Shown here piece by piece: positions 51,314 to 59,157 of a DNA stretch of 64,000 bases (within the stretch, counting starts at the first letter, position 1; the number at the start of each line of letters is the position of its first letter). A program made the position numbers and the translations under genes. This DNA is from a virus: IMG/VR virus record IMGVR_UViG_3300044844_001004; one strand, written 5' to 3'. The notes under the pieces are model-generated. The model was not told the origin of the DNA. It saw nothing but the letters and a program-made list of their open reading frames with translations, and made no database searches.

Positions 51314-52281
51314 GCGTATGACAGCCCTTTCAAATCCTCGTCTTCGAGGAGTTCGACATTCTGTTCAGTGCGCCACGGCTTGTCGCCAAACTTCTCCCAG
51401 CACTCGGCGTACAGGCGAATCAAGGCCCGTACCTCGACCTTTGCCATTTGCCAGTACAGGTTGCCTGCGTCCTGCACCTGGACGATGCGGGCCTCGTGCG
51501 GCTCCTCTGACTCGATGAAGCCAAAGATGAAGCCATTCTCCCCGCCCTCGGCGATAGTCCGGATGTGATCGTACAAGCAGGCTTGCCGATGGTACCCCTC
51601 GTAATAAATCGCGTCGGCCACGGACTTGTCGATGGACTTTCCGCGCGATTGCGAGAACGACTTCAGGTCGAACGTCATCCCGTCGCGTACCCAATCCATC
51701 TTCGCCTTGAGTTTCACGCCGGTTTCCGGATCCTCCACTACGTAGGCGACCTCGGGCCGCCCATCGGAAAGAATCTTTTGGATCACCGGCTCGCTGGTCA
51801 AAGCGCGAGTCATCCCGCAAACCCGGCGCCACTCCTCCGGCGCGAGTATCGTCTTACCGTCGTGCTTGGCTGCGTAAATGCGCTTTTCGTGGTCGAGGAT
51901 AGGCACGCGCACCCCAAGCAGCGACATGATACCTAGTGCCTGGTCGATCACTTCGTCCTTCCGAGTTCCCTTGGGTTTCTGGCCTTGGTCGGTGATCCAC
52001 CCGCGGATATCGGCGATAGTGTCCAAGCACACCGGGAAGTCGGACGGGTCAATCGCGGCGGCGTACCGCCGGTCAAAAGCCTCGTCCCCTTCCAGCACTG
52101 CGCAGTGCAGAGCCGACCCCAGTTTCATGGCGGCCGTCTCCTCCCGCTCCTGGCGCTCTAGGTTGACATGGCGGAACCAGTACCGCATCGGAGAGATTGC
52201 CAAGTCCTTCATCCCGGAGTGGGAGAGCGCCTGGATTGCGAAATACTCGGCGTTGGGGATTTGCTGGACCATATTAGACAT
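51310..52281 (-). CDS. PD-(D/E)XK exonuclease, RecE/DUF3799-like
   Basis: GSALHCAVLEG plus KAKMDWVRDGMTFDLKSFSQ gives the D...DxK pattern. ATGA-coupled to the ATPase gene. Confidence 0.6.
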   Translation of the reverse strand: MSNMVQQIPNAEYFAIQALSHSGMKDLAISPMRYWFRHVNLERQEREETAAMKLGSALHCAVLEGDEAFDRRYAAAIDPSDFPVCLDTIADIRGWITDQGQKPKGTRKDEVIDQALGIMSLLGVRVPILDHEKRIYAAKHDGKTILAPEEWRRVCGMTRALTSEPVIQKILSDGRPEVAYVVEDPETGVKLKAKMDWVRDGMTFDLKSFSQSRGKSIDKSVADAIYYEGYHRQACLYDHIRTIAEGGENGFIFGFIESEEPHEARIVQVQDAGNLYWQMAKVEVRALIRLYAECWEKFGDKPWRTEQNVELLEDEDLKGLSYA

Positions 52282-53773
52282 CCGCCTTCTCCTTCTTCTT
52301 CGCCACTCGCGCCGTCAAGTCTGCCAGGTCGGCTTCGTTCGGCGCCAGCGTGTCGCGGATCTCCAGCGGGCCGGAATTGCTGACGGCGCCGATCACCTGC
52401 CCGGTGTACTGGTAGACCGACTTCTCAAACAGTTCCCGGCTATCGAGGGTCAATTCCGCCAGCGCGTCGATGATGATCGGCTGGCCGTGCTTCGCGTACC
52501 GCTTGGCCACCTCCCACCACTTCATGTACCGGGCGGCCGTGTTGACGATGCTGGAGAGAACCCCTCCGATATACAGGCGCCCGCCCTTGATCTCCATGCC
52601 GTCGAGTTGCATCTCGGCCAGCTTGTTCGACCGCAGCAAGTCCAGTTGGTCGCAGGCAACGCCGATGCGGTCAAGGTCCATCTGCTTCTCGCGCGTCGCC
52701 TTCTCCCAGGCTTCCACCTGAGTCTTGGCGCCAGCCAGCTTGTCGGCTTCTCTGGCCTTCTCTTCCAGCGAGACGACATTCGCCTGCGCGGTCGAGATGG
52801 CGTTGCGAATGGGGATAAGCACCGCGTCGGACTGGGCGATGAACTCCTCGTCGGCCACCGTCTTCGCCGTCGAGAGAGCGGAGGATATCTCGGTCAACTT
52901 GGAGTTTTTGGTGGTGACGAGGTTGGCGAGGGAGCTGGCGTACTCCGCATCCAGCTTCGCCCGCGCGTCTTCGTACTCCTTGTTGACGACTTCCTCGGAC
53001 TTCCGGCTGGTCGCATCCGCCTCGGCCTTCGCCGTGGTGCGGACCCCCATCAACAGCGACTCTCCGGTGGTCAACTTGACGGTATTCTCTACCACCTGCT
53101 GTCGCGCCGCTTCCAAGTCAGCCTGCACGTCCTCCGCGGTCTTTCCTTCGAACGTCTTCTTGAACGTGAGCACCTGCGCGCTCAGTTCCTTGATGCCGGC
53201 GCGCAACCCTGTGGCCCGCTCCTTCAGTTGCTTCGTGAAAAACTCAATCGCGCCGATGCCGTTCTCGTAGACTTCCTTATCGAGCCCGTCAATCTTCACG
53301 AGGCTCGCGGCGTCCTTGATCTCGGCGGCTTTGACCGGGACAAACAGCAGCGTCTTCAGCGCTTGCGCCCGCTCCTCGTCCGTCAGCGCATCGAACGCAA
53401 GCGGGTCAAACCCCATGACCGGCAGGAACGTCTTCACGAACGTCGCTTCCTTGGGGATCTTCTTGCCGTTGGGCCCCTTGACGTCCAACCCGAACCCGTC
53501 ACGCTTGACGGTCCGGGTGATCTTGTAGACGCCAGCCGGGTAGTCGGCGTGGTCGCCCTCCTGAATCTCCCAAACGGAGTGGATTACCGCCTCGTCGGCC
53601 CATGTGCTGATGGAGTCCGGATCGGCGCCGCCCTCGGCCAGCGAGCGGAAGGAGTCCAGCACGGCCGTTTTGCCGACGCCGTTCTCGCCAAACAGGAACG
53701 ACACCTTGCCCGGCTGGATCTCGAAATTGCGCAGGCCGCGCCAGTTGGTTAGACGGTGGAGTAGCAGCTTCAT
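52274..53773 (-). CDS. SMC/Rad50/RecN-like coiled-coil ATPase
   Basis: Start MKLLLHRLTNWRGL makes an ATGA overlap. Walker A is FGENGVGKTAV. A long central coiled coil is followed by a C-terminal Walker B-like PIIIDALAEL. Confidence 0.7.
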   Translation of the reverse strand: MKLLLHRLTNWRGLRNFEIQPGKVSFLFGENGVGKTAVLDSFRSLAEGGADPDSISTWADEAVIHSVWEIQEGDHADYPAGVYKITRTVKRDGFGLDVKGPNGKKIPKEATFVKTFLPVMGFDPLAFDALTDEERAQALKTLLFVPVKAAEIKDAASLVKIDGLDKEVYENGIGAIEFFTKQLKERATGLRAGIKELSAQVLTFKKTFEGKTAEDVQADLEAARQQVVENTVKLTTGESLLMGVRTTAKAEADATSRKSEEVVNKEYEDARAKLDAEYASSLANLVTTKNSKLTEISSALSTAKTVADEEFIAQSDAVLIPIRNAISTAQANVVSLEEKAREADKLAGAKTQVEAWEKATREKQMDLDRIGVACDQLDLLRSNKLAEMQLDGMEIKGGRLYIGGVLSSIVNTAARYMKWWEVAKRYAKHGQPIIIDALAELTLDSRELFEKSVYQYTGQVIGAVSNSGPLEIRDTLAPNEADLADLTARVAKKKEKADV

Positions 53774-54039
53774 TCCGCTACTTCCTTCGCCGTCTTCGGC
53801 TTCCGGGGCTTCAACTCGCGGGCTTCCACGCGGGTAACGCTGAACGTGTCCGCGTCCTTGTCGGCAGAGCGGCTGGCTGTGCGCGCGCCCCACGTAGACT
53901 CAATCGCCCGCACTAACTGACCGGCTTCAGTCTTGGTCAGTCCGGGGTATCGCTGCCCAACTTCCATGGCCCCGGCGACTTCCAACACCTCGTGGTTTGC
54001 CGGTAATGCCTTCACGATGTTCTCAATATTCCAACCCAT
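53770..54039 (-). CDS. hypothetical protein (89 aa)
   Basis: Track ORF, coupled on both sides. Confidence 0.55.
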   Translation of the reverse strand: MGWNIENIVKALPANHEVLEVAGAMEVGQRYPGLTKTEAGQLVRAIESTWGARTASRSADKDADTFSVTRVEARELKPRKPKTAKEVAE

Positions 54040-54190
54040 TATCGTCTCCTCGCCGAGTTAATGGCCGCGGCGTCGGCTCTCCGCTGGCTTGCGTGCGCCA
54101 GGCTGTATTCTTCGTTGTCTGATAAGTCCCGGTCGAACGGCTTTTCTTCCGCTTGATCCGGGTCCAAGGCTTCGCGCTGTTCTTCGTCCA
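54038..54190 (-). CDS. hypothetical acidic protein (50 aa)
   Basis: Not in the track. MDEEQREALDPDQAEEKPFDRDLSDNEEYSLAH... with a TAATG overlap downstream. Confidence 0.4.
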
Positions 54191-54335
54191 TTTACTTCGC
54201 CGCCTTCTTCAAAACCTTGTCAACCAACTGGCGCAAAAGGGATTCAATCGTGATCCCTTTCGCCGCGCAGTGTGTTTTCAGGGCAGTGTGATCGGCTTCC
54301 GGAACGCGGACGCTAACACGTTTTAGTTCTGGCAT
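54191..54335 (-). pseudogene. ribbon-helix-helix (Arc/CopG-like) regulator with interrupted frame
   Basis: From ATG 54335 the frame reads MPELKRVSVRVPEADHTALKTHCAAKGITIES, then runs out of frame at a C4 run (plus-strand G4 at 54238-54241) and stops at 54219. The other frame continues LLRQLVDKVLKKAAK-TAA, directly abutting the next ATG. That continuation would complete a canonical RHH. Confidence 0.5.
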
Positions 54336-54342
54336 TCCACCT

Positions 54343-54371
54343 ATTTTAACTCATTGGTGTTTTGGTGTCAA
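54343..54371 (-). promoter_or_regulatory. sigma70-like promoter TTGACA-N17-TAAAAT
   Basis: On the minus strand, TTGACA lies at 54371-54366, followed by a 17-nt spacer and TAAAAT at 54348-54343. Only 7 nt (AGGTGGA) separate it from ATG 54335, so the RHH transcript would be leaderless or nearly so. Confidence 0.5.
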
Positions 54372-54389
54372 TGTGAATTGGCGGCAGAG

Positions 54390-54566
54390 TTAATCGAGGT
54401 ATGGACAGGGCTTTTCGGCGCGCGGTATCTTCACGGCCCCAGTGCCGAGATAGCACGTGGCGTGGTCGAGGCCAGCGCAGTCCTCATCGAAGTCTTCGCA
54501 GAACCGCTCGTCGCCGTACTCTGGAAGCGCGAGGACTCCGTTGGTGATCTGGATAAGGCGGCTCAT
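54390..54566 (-). CDS. hypothetical protein (58 aa)
   Basis: Not in the track. ATGA overlap with the upstream gene. Sequence begins MSRLIQITNGVLALPEYGDERFCEDFDEDCAGL... Confidence 0.4.
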   Translation of the reverse strand: MSRLIQITNGVLALPEYGDERFCEDFDEDCAGLDHATCYLGTGAVKIPRAEKPCPYLD

Positions 54567-54760
54567 TCCACCTCCAAATACACAGCCGCCCCACGCTCCG
54601 TGAAGTGGTCAAACTTGAACCGCTGCTGGCGCCCCTCGATGAACTCGACGGGCGCCGCGAAGTGGTAGCCCAAGAGCCCGTCGAAATGCACGATCGCCAC
54701 ATGCCCGTCGTGGATGTCTCCGTTGCTCTCGATGATGCGGCAGGGGATGACGTCAGGCAT
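54563..54760 (-). CDS. hypothetical protein (65 aa)
   Basis: Track ORF. Confidence 0.5.
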   Translation of the reverse strand: MPDVIPCRIIESNGDIHDGHVAIVHFDGLLGYHFAAPVEFIEGRQQRFKFDHFTERGAAVYLEVE

Positions 54761-54771
54761 GGGGTTGATCC

Positions 54772-54984
54772 TCAGTGGTTTTCAGCAAAACCGCCCTCCC
54801 ATCCTGCCGGATCAGGCGGTTCGTAGTTGTCTCGATAGGCGGCGATGGCTTCATCGAGCGAGAACGTAGGCCACAACTCTCCCTCGCGCCACCATCGCTC
54901 TCCATCCTCGTTGGACTCCCATCCGTGGCTATACAGTTCCTCGATGTCGAACGTGTCGGGGTCGCCCCAGGCTTCCCAACTCAT
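54772..54984 (-). CDS. hypothetical acidic W-rich protein (70 aa)
   Basis: Internal ATG (MSWEAWGD) gives an ATGA overlap. Confidence 0.5.
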   Translation of the reverse strand: MSWEAWGDPDTFDIEELYSHGWESNEDGERWWREGELWPTFSLDEAIAAYRDNYEPPDPAGWEGGFAENH

Positions 54985-55202
54985 ATCCAGTCCTCTTCGT
55001 GAGTCAACTCGTGCAAGTCCATGCACCGCGCGCAGTCGTCGGTGACCCCGGTGCCTCGGCAATCATCACACGACTCTAAATCCCACTCCGGATATCCGCC
55101 GGTTGGAACGCGCATCCGTCCGGTACCGTTGCACATGCAACACCGCTCACAGGTGCAAGGAGCCGCCTTCGGTCTGGCTATTTCCGCGTCCTTTGAACTC
55201 AC
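54981..55202 (-). CDS. DnaJ-type CxxCxGxG zinc-finger protein (73 aa)
   Basis: It contains the CMCNGTG and CDDCRGTG motifs. Confidence 0.55.
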   Translation of the reverse strand: MSSKDAEIARPKAAPCTCERCCMCNGTGRMRVPTGGYPEWDLESCDDCRGTGVTDDCARCMDLHELTHEEDWI

Positions 55203-55423
55203 ACCACCTCCTTCTTCCCCGCTTCCAAACGCCGCAGTGTTTCGTATTCAATCGCCTTTGTTACCGCAGCATTGAGTGTTTCCCCGAAGAACTCTTTGCG
55301 GTGAGCAGGATGGGCGTCGCAATTCAGAACCCGCCACCGCTTGCTCATTTCCGGCGGCAGTATGGTGAGCCGATATTCTTCAATCAACGTTAGTATCTTT
55401 GCGCAATCACAGTAGAATGGCAT
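55199..55423 (-). CDS. hypothetical protein (74 aa)
   Basis: Track ORF that starts directly after the integrase stop. Confidence 0.5.
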   Translation of the reverse strand: MPFYCDCAKILTLIEEYRLTILPPEMSKRWRVLNCDAHPAHRKEFFGETLNAAVTKAIEYETLRRLEAGKKEVV

Positions 55424-56398
55424 TCACGCCCCCTCCTTCTTCGCCTTCTTAATCATCCCCGGCAGCGCATCGCAAGGCGCATTCCGGAAGTCCTGGTTCG
55501 AACCCACATACTTCTGCGTCGTGGTGACCGACGAGTGGCCCAGGTCCGCTTGGATCTGGTCGAGCGCCACGCCGGCATCGCGGGACACGCGCGCCTTCGT
55601 GCGCCGCAGGTCATGCGGGGCAATATCCGGCCGCCCCATCATCGCCGCGTACTTTTTCACCACTTTCCAGATGTTGACGCGGGCGAGCGGGGTGTCCGTG
55701 CAAATCTTCCGCGCATGCCCTTCAAGGGAACGGATGAGGTAGCCATCGGTGAGCCCGGCATCCTCCACCCAGTCCTGGATGGCGTAGAACAGTTCGGCAG
55801 GGATGGCCACCGACCGCGGCTTCTCCCCCTTGCCGACGAAGTCCACCAACACCGGCCGCCCGTCTCTCACCTGCAAATGCTCGAAGCGGATGCCGGCCGC
55901 CTCAGTCGCGCGGAGACCTCCGTATAGCAGCAGGCCTAGGATCACGTAATCGCGCTTCCCCAGCCGCGTGGTGCGATCAGGGAGGGCCATCAGTTCCGGG
56001 ATGTCGTCAGCAGTGAGCCAATTGCCCAGCTTCGTCGCGTGGACTTTCGGCCCCTTGCAATGCAGGATGGAGTCGAGGTCGATACCGTCGATCCACCGCC
56101 GCACCGCCGCCGCCCTGGCAAGGGTCTTGATCGCCGATAGCGCGTGGCCGATCTGGAATGGCCGCTTGCCGGCGTCCCGCAAGGCACCGGCATATTCCAG
56201 GACGAGTTCGCCCGACAACCGCTGGCGCCCAGTGGCAACCCACCATGCGAGGAATAGCCGCAGGTCGCGCCGGTACCGTGCCTTAGTACTGGGGGCGAGC
56301 GGAGACTTCAGGATCACGTCGATGAGGTAGTTCAGGTCGCGGGACTCTTGGAGCGGACCCGGAAGCGGTTCCATGAGGGCGGTGTGGCTAATGCTCAT
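55424..56398 (-). CDS. int: tyrosine recombinase / phage integrase family
   Basis: C-terminal catalytic pattern: LRATEAAG...HDLRRTKARV...LGHSSVTTTQKYV. The start at 56398 (MSISHTAL) gives an ATGA overlap. Confidence 0.85.
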   Translation of the reverse strand: MSISHTALMEPLPGPLQESRDLNYLIDVILKSPLAPSTKARYRRDLRLFLAWWVATGRQRLSGELVLEYAGALRDAGKRPFQIGHALSAIKTLARAAAVRRWIDGIDLDSILHCKGPKVHATKLGNWLTADDIPELMALPDRTTRLGKRDYVILGLLLYGGLRATEAAGIRFEHLQVRDGRPVLVDFVGKGEKPRSVAIPAELFYAIQDWVEDAGLTDGYLIRSLEGHARKICTDTPLARVNIWKVVKKYAAMMGRPDIAPHDLRRTKARVSRDAGVALDQIQADLGHSSVTTTQKYVGSNQDFRNAPCDALPGMIKKAKKEGA

Positions 56399-56601
56399 GA
56401 CACCCGCCTCGCAATCCACCAGCCGCTCCCGGCCCGTGTCAGCATACAGCGCAGCATGAATATCCGGATCTGAGCGTCCTGCTTCGCCGCTGCTTCAAGG
56501 TTCACTCGTGCCTCGGCTTCCGTCTCCGACTTCACGCGCAGGAGGGTGATCCCCTTCGAGTTGCGCTGAACCTGGATCTCCGCCGTCACTTCGCCGCCCA
56601 T
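56395..56601 (-). CDS. hypothetical protein (68 aa)
   Basis: Track ORF. Confidence 0.45.
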   Translation of the reverse strand: MGGEVTAEIQVQRNSKGITLLRVKSETEAEARVNLEAAAKQDAQIRIFMLRCMLTRAGSGWWIARRVS

Positions 56602-56678
56602 ATCGCACCCCCAATAAACAACGCGACCACCGCAAACGCGAGGCCCAAGCCAATCACAATTTCATTTGCTCTTTTCAT
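56586..56678 (-). CDS. hypothetical 30-aa membrane peptide
   Basis: MKRANEIVIGLGLAFAVVALFIGGAIWAAK, preceded by AAGGAAAGGGA. Confidence 0.35.
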   Translation of the reverse strand: MKRANEIVIGLGLAFAVVALFIGGAIWAAK

Positions 56679-56868
56679 CTTGTCCCTTTCCTTTGTACGG
56701 CCGTTGCGCCAGTTCCAGCGCCACGGCAATCTTCTTTCGCGCCCGTAGGCGCAGCACCTCATCCGGCCCATGCGGAATCTGGTAGGCATCGATCGCCTGC
56801 AAGACCACCTGCAATTCAGTATCGAGCAAATGCAACGCATCGCCCGTGTGTGTCGCTATTCCTGCCAT
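56662..56868 (-). CDS. hypothetical protein (68 aa)
   Basis: Internal ATG (MAGIATHTG) is preceded by GGAAAGGGAAAA. Confidence 0.45.
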   Translation of the reverse strand: MAGIATHTGDALHLLDTELQVVLQAIDAYQIPHGPDEVLRLRARKKIAVALELAQRPYKGKGQDEKSK

Positions 56869-56948
56869 TATTTTCCCTTTCCATGATATATTGAGGGCTG
56901 CCGGGCTCCCTTTCCCTCGGCCCCATGAACCCCGCGAAGCTCTCGCCC

Positions 56949-57191
56949 TTAGCTTTGCGGGGTTTCTGCTTTTGGTGGTAGCCGGCGAATAATGTCGATC
57001 GCCGTCACAATCGGGTTTTTCTCGGTTAGATCGGCGCAATACCGCTCGCCGGCCGCGTAGATCGAGCGGTTTGTGTATCCGCCGCCAGGGTAGCCGATGT
57101 ACTCCTCTCGGTACTCCATGGGGATGTCTCGCAAGCCCATCTCGGCCAGCACGGAGAGGAGTTTAGGTAGGGCGGGGTGTTCGGTGGTCAC
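56949..57191 (-). CDS. hypothetical protein (80 aa)
   Basis: A GTG start forms a GTGA overlap with the upstream stop. Confidence 0.4.
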   Translation of the reverse strand: MTTEHPALPKLLSVLAEMGLRDIPMEYREEYIGYPGGGYTNRSIYAAGERYCADLTEKNPIVTAIDIIRRLPPKAETPQS

Positions 57192-57310
57192 ACCAGCCTC
57201 CACAGCCAGTAGGCCATCGCTCCGCCGATAAACCCGGCCTCCAGCCACGCAACCCACCGCGGCAAGATGCGAACCACGTCATCGGTCAGGTAGGCGAGGA
57301 GGCGGGTCAT
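57188..57310 (-). CDS. hypothetical 40-aa membrane peptide
   Basis: MTRLLAYLTDDVVRILPRWVAWLEAGFIGGAMAYWLWRLV with an ATGA overlap upstream. Confidence 0.4.
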   Translation of the reverse strand: MTRLLAYLTDDVVRILPRWVAWLEAGFIGGAMAYWLWRLV

Positions 57311-57486
57311 GCGGACTGTCTCCCCTTCTCTAACGCAGTGATTCTGCGGTCTAATATCTGGATCGACTTCAACAGGTTCTGAATCGTAGCACCCTGCAAA
57401 TCGATAATCATTTTGTCCTCCGGCGATGTCGCAGCAATTGCGACAGTCGCGGCGGCGGTCCCAAGTAATACGCCACGTCTTAACAT
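57307..57486 (-). CDS. hypothetical 59-aa protein with signal-like N-terminus
   Basis: Not in the track. MLRRGVLLGTAAATVAIAATSPEDK..., preceded by GAGGGAGAGAAA. I prefer it to the 114-aa track frame 57188..57532. Confidence 0.4.
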   Translation of the reverse strand: MLRRGVLLGTAAATVAIAATSPEDKMIIDLQGATIQNLLKSIQILDRRITALEKGRQSA

Positions 57487-57583
57487 TTTCTCTCCCTCTC
57501 AGGCGTTTTGCGCCACCTCTGCGATCTGTCACACCGCATAGGCGGCGGCTCCAGTTTGACGGCTGAAGCCGCGCCGAATCTCA

Positions 57584-57766
57584 CTAAAGCACTTCGCTGT
57601 TCCGTCTAGGCGTCCCTCCTTTCAACTCCAACAACTCCCGCACCACCGCCGCCGCCTCTCCCCACTCCTGCGATTGCTCGGCACCGGTTTCGATCATACG
57701 CCAAGCGTGCTTCTCGCGCTCACGAATGGCGAGGGCCAGGAGGTAGTTGAGGGTGGGGGCGGTCAT
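57584..57766 (-). CDS. hypothetical protein (60 aa)
   Basis: Track ORF with an ATGA overlap upstream. Confidence 0.45.
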   Translation of the reverse strand: MTAPTLNYLLALAIREREKHAWRMIETGAEQSQEWGEAAAVVRELLELKGGTPRRNSEVL

Positions 57767-58074
57767 ACCTCGACATCCGTGTTAATCACAGGCCGCTCGA
57801 CTCGTGCCGCACGGATCACGGCCATAGCCTTTTCAGTGTGATTTAATATCACTTCCCCGCAATTCTTCACCTGTTCCTCGGTCCACGGCTGGCAGTGGTT
57901 CCGCAGTGTGAGAGCGCAAAACGCGGCCTGATTTAACTCCTCCATCGCGTCCTTCACGGCGTTCTCCAGTGCGTAGATCTCGCGGACGGCCTTCTTCTGT
58001 TTCTCTACGGCCTGATTGTACAGGCGCTTCCATTGATCGTTTGTGAGTCCCACATTCCCCTCCTCGTTACTCAT
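57763..58074 (-). CDS. hypothetical protein (103 aa)
   Basis: Internal ATG (MSNEEGNV) gives an ATGA overlap with the upstream small ORF. Confidence 0.5.
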   Translation of the reverse strand: MSNEEGNVGLTNDQWKRLYNQAVEKQKKAVREIYALENAVKDAMEELNQAAFCALTLRNHCQPWTEEQVKNCGEVILNHTEKAMAVIRAARVERPVINTDVEV

Positions 58075-58238
58075 CGCCGCCCCCGCTGCTTCCCCGTTAT
58101 CAGGTTCTCCACAAACCCCATCGCCGCTTTCCAAGTCGGGAACTGGTAGGTGTTGCAAGTGCCGGGACACTGCGCCATCCACGGCCCCCGGCGGTCAAGC
58201 GGGTTGGTGTACTTCCATACCCTGTACTTGCCGCTCAT
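58071..58238 (-). CDS. hypothetical protein (55 aa)
   Basis: Not in the track. MSGKYRVWKYTNPLDRRGPWMAQCPGTCNTYQFPTW... with ATGA overlaps at both ends. Confidence 0.4.
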   Translation of the reverse strand: MSGKYRVWKYTNPLDRRGPWMAQCPGTCNTYQFPTWKAAMGFVENLITGKQRGRR

Positions 58239-58432
58239 CGCGCGTTCCTCCCAAAGTAGAATGCCGCCAACACCAGCAATCCAAACCCGCTAAACAGCAG
58301 GAAGGGCAGCGCCAACAGCGCCACAAATACGGACGTGTCGGTATGACAACTGCACGTCAACGCCCAGTACAGCGCCGCGCCATCGGCTCCCCAGAGGCAC
58401 AGAAACAGGATCGCCTTGTGTTTGTCGGTCAT
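58235..58432 (-). CDS. hypothetical two-TM membrane protein (65 aa)
   Basis: Internal ATG (MTDKHKAILFLCLWG...) gives an ATGA overlap. Confidence 0.5.
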   Translation of the reverse strand: MTDKHKAILFLCLWGADGAALYWALTCSCHTDTSVFVALLALPFLLFSGFGLLVLAAFYFGRNAR

Positions 58433-58752
58433 TCCCGATCCTCCCCGGCGAAGTCGCAAGCGCTGTCGTGCTGGTCGCCGTACCACGAACGGTCGTCGCA
58501 GGTGCATTCCTTGCCGGTGTCGTCGGCCTCCTCTTTCACTTCATTCTCAAAACACGCCCGCGCGTTGCGGTCGCATTGCTCGAAGTCTACGCCCACCTTC
58601 GCGGCCCAGTGGCGCAGGTCGCCCAGGAGATCGCCGAGAAGTTCCGGCAGTATTTCCGATGGGCTGTATGCCTTGTACTCACCAGCCTTCTGGTACGCCG
58701 TTATGGCCTCACCAGCCACCACCGCCCGCTGTTCGTTCGTCATTTCACGCAT
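58429..58752 (-). CDS. hypothetical acidic protein (107 aa)
   Basis: Track ORF. Confidence 0.55.
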   Translation of the reverse strand: MREMTNEQRAVVAGEAITAYQKAGEYKAYSPSEILPELLGDLLGDLRHWAAKVGVDFEQCDRNARACFENEVKEEADDTGKECTCDDRSWYGDQHDSACDFAGEDRE

Positions 58753-58849
58753 ACTGCACCGCCTTCAACCAAACCAGGCGCGCGACACTCCGCCGGCGAC
58801 GTCTCGCTGCACGCCAGTAGGCGCGGCGGTAGAGCTTGCCGGCGTTCAT
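58745..58849 (-). CDS. hypothetical Arg-rich 34-aa peptide
   Basis: Not in the track. ATGA overlap upstream and an 8-nt overlap downstream. Confidence 0.3.
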   Translation of the reverse strand: MNAGKLYRRAYWRAARRRRRSVARLVWLKAVQYA

Positions 58850-59103
58850 GCGGTGGCCTCTTCCGACTCCGGCACCAGAGCCGGACGCCGCTTCTGTTCG
58901 GCGTAGTACGCCTTCCAAAGTGCTGTTCTCGCATCGTTGATATCAGGCGGTAATGCGTCAATCGTGAAGCCCCACTCATGCCGCAATCGGCCTAGTTGGT
59001 GGATAGCGGCCTCGATGCACTCAAGCCGCGCTTTGTGGCTGTAGAACGCTACATCGGCAGCGTGTACGCCTGTTGTCAATCTCTTCATATCGTTCCTTTC
59101 CAT
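58846..59103 (-). CDS. hypothetical protein (85 aa)
   Basis: Track ORF preceded by GGAAAGGAACGAT. Confidence 0.5.
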   Translation of the reverse strand: MERNDMKRLTTGVHAADVAFYSHKARLECIEAAIHQLGRLRHEWGFTIDALPPDINDARTALWKAYYAEQKRRPALVPESEEATA

Positions 59104-59157
59104 CGAGCGATAATCCCGCCCCCTAAGCGGCCCGCTTGGAGCCGCCAGGGGGAAGGA

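Noticed and set aside
51878-53752. A 624-aa plus-strand ORF opposite the exonuclease and SMC-like ATPase genes.
   Set aside because: It is antisense to genes with clear Walker and PD-(D/E)XK motifs. It is R/L/G-rich with no motif.
53774-53893. The 40-codon N-terminal extension of the SMC-like ATPase ORF. Similar Arg-rich extensions occur on many minus-strand track ORFs.
   Set aside because: The internal ATGs give ATGA/TAATG coupling and place the Walker A motif at the usual N-terminal distance. The extensions overlap upstream genes.
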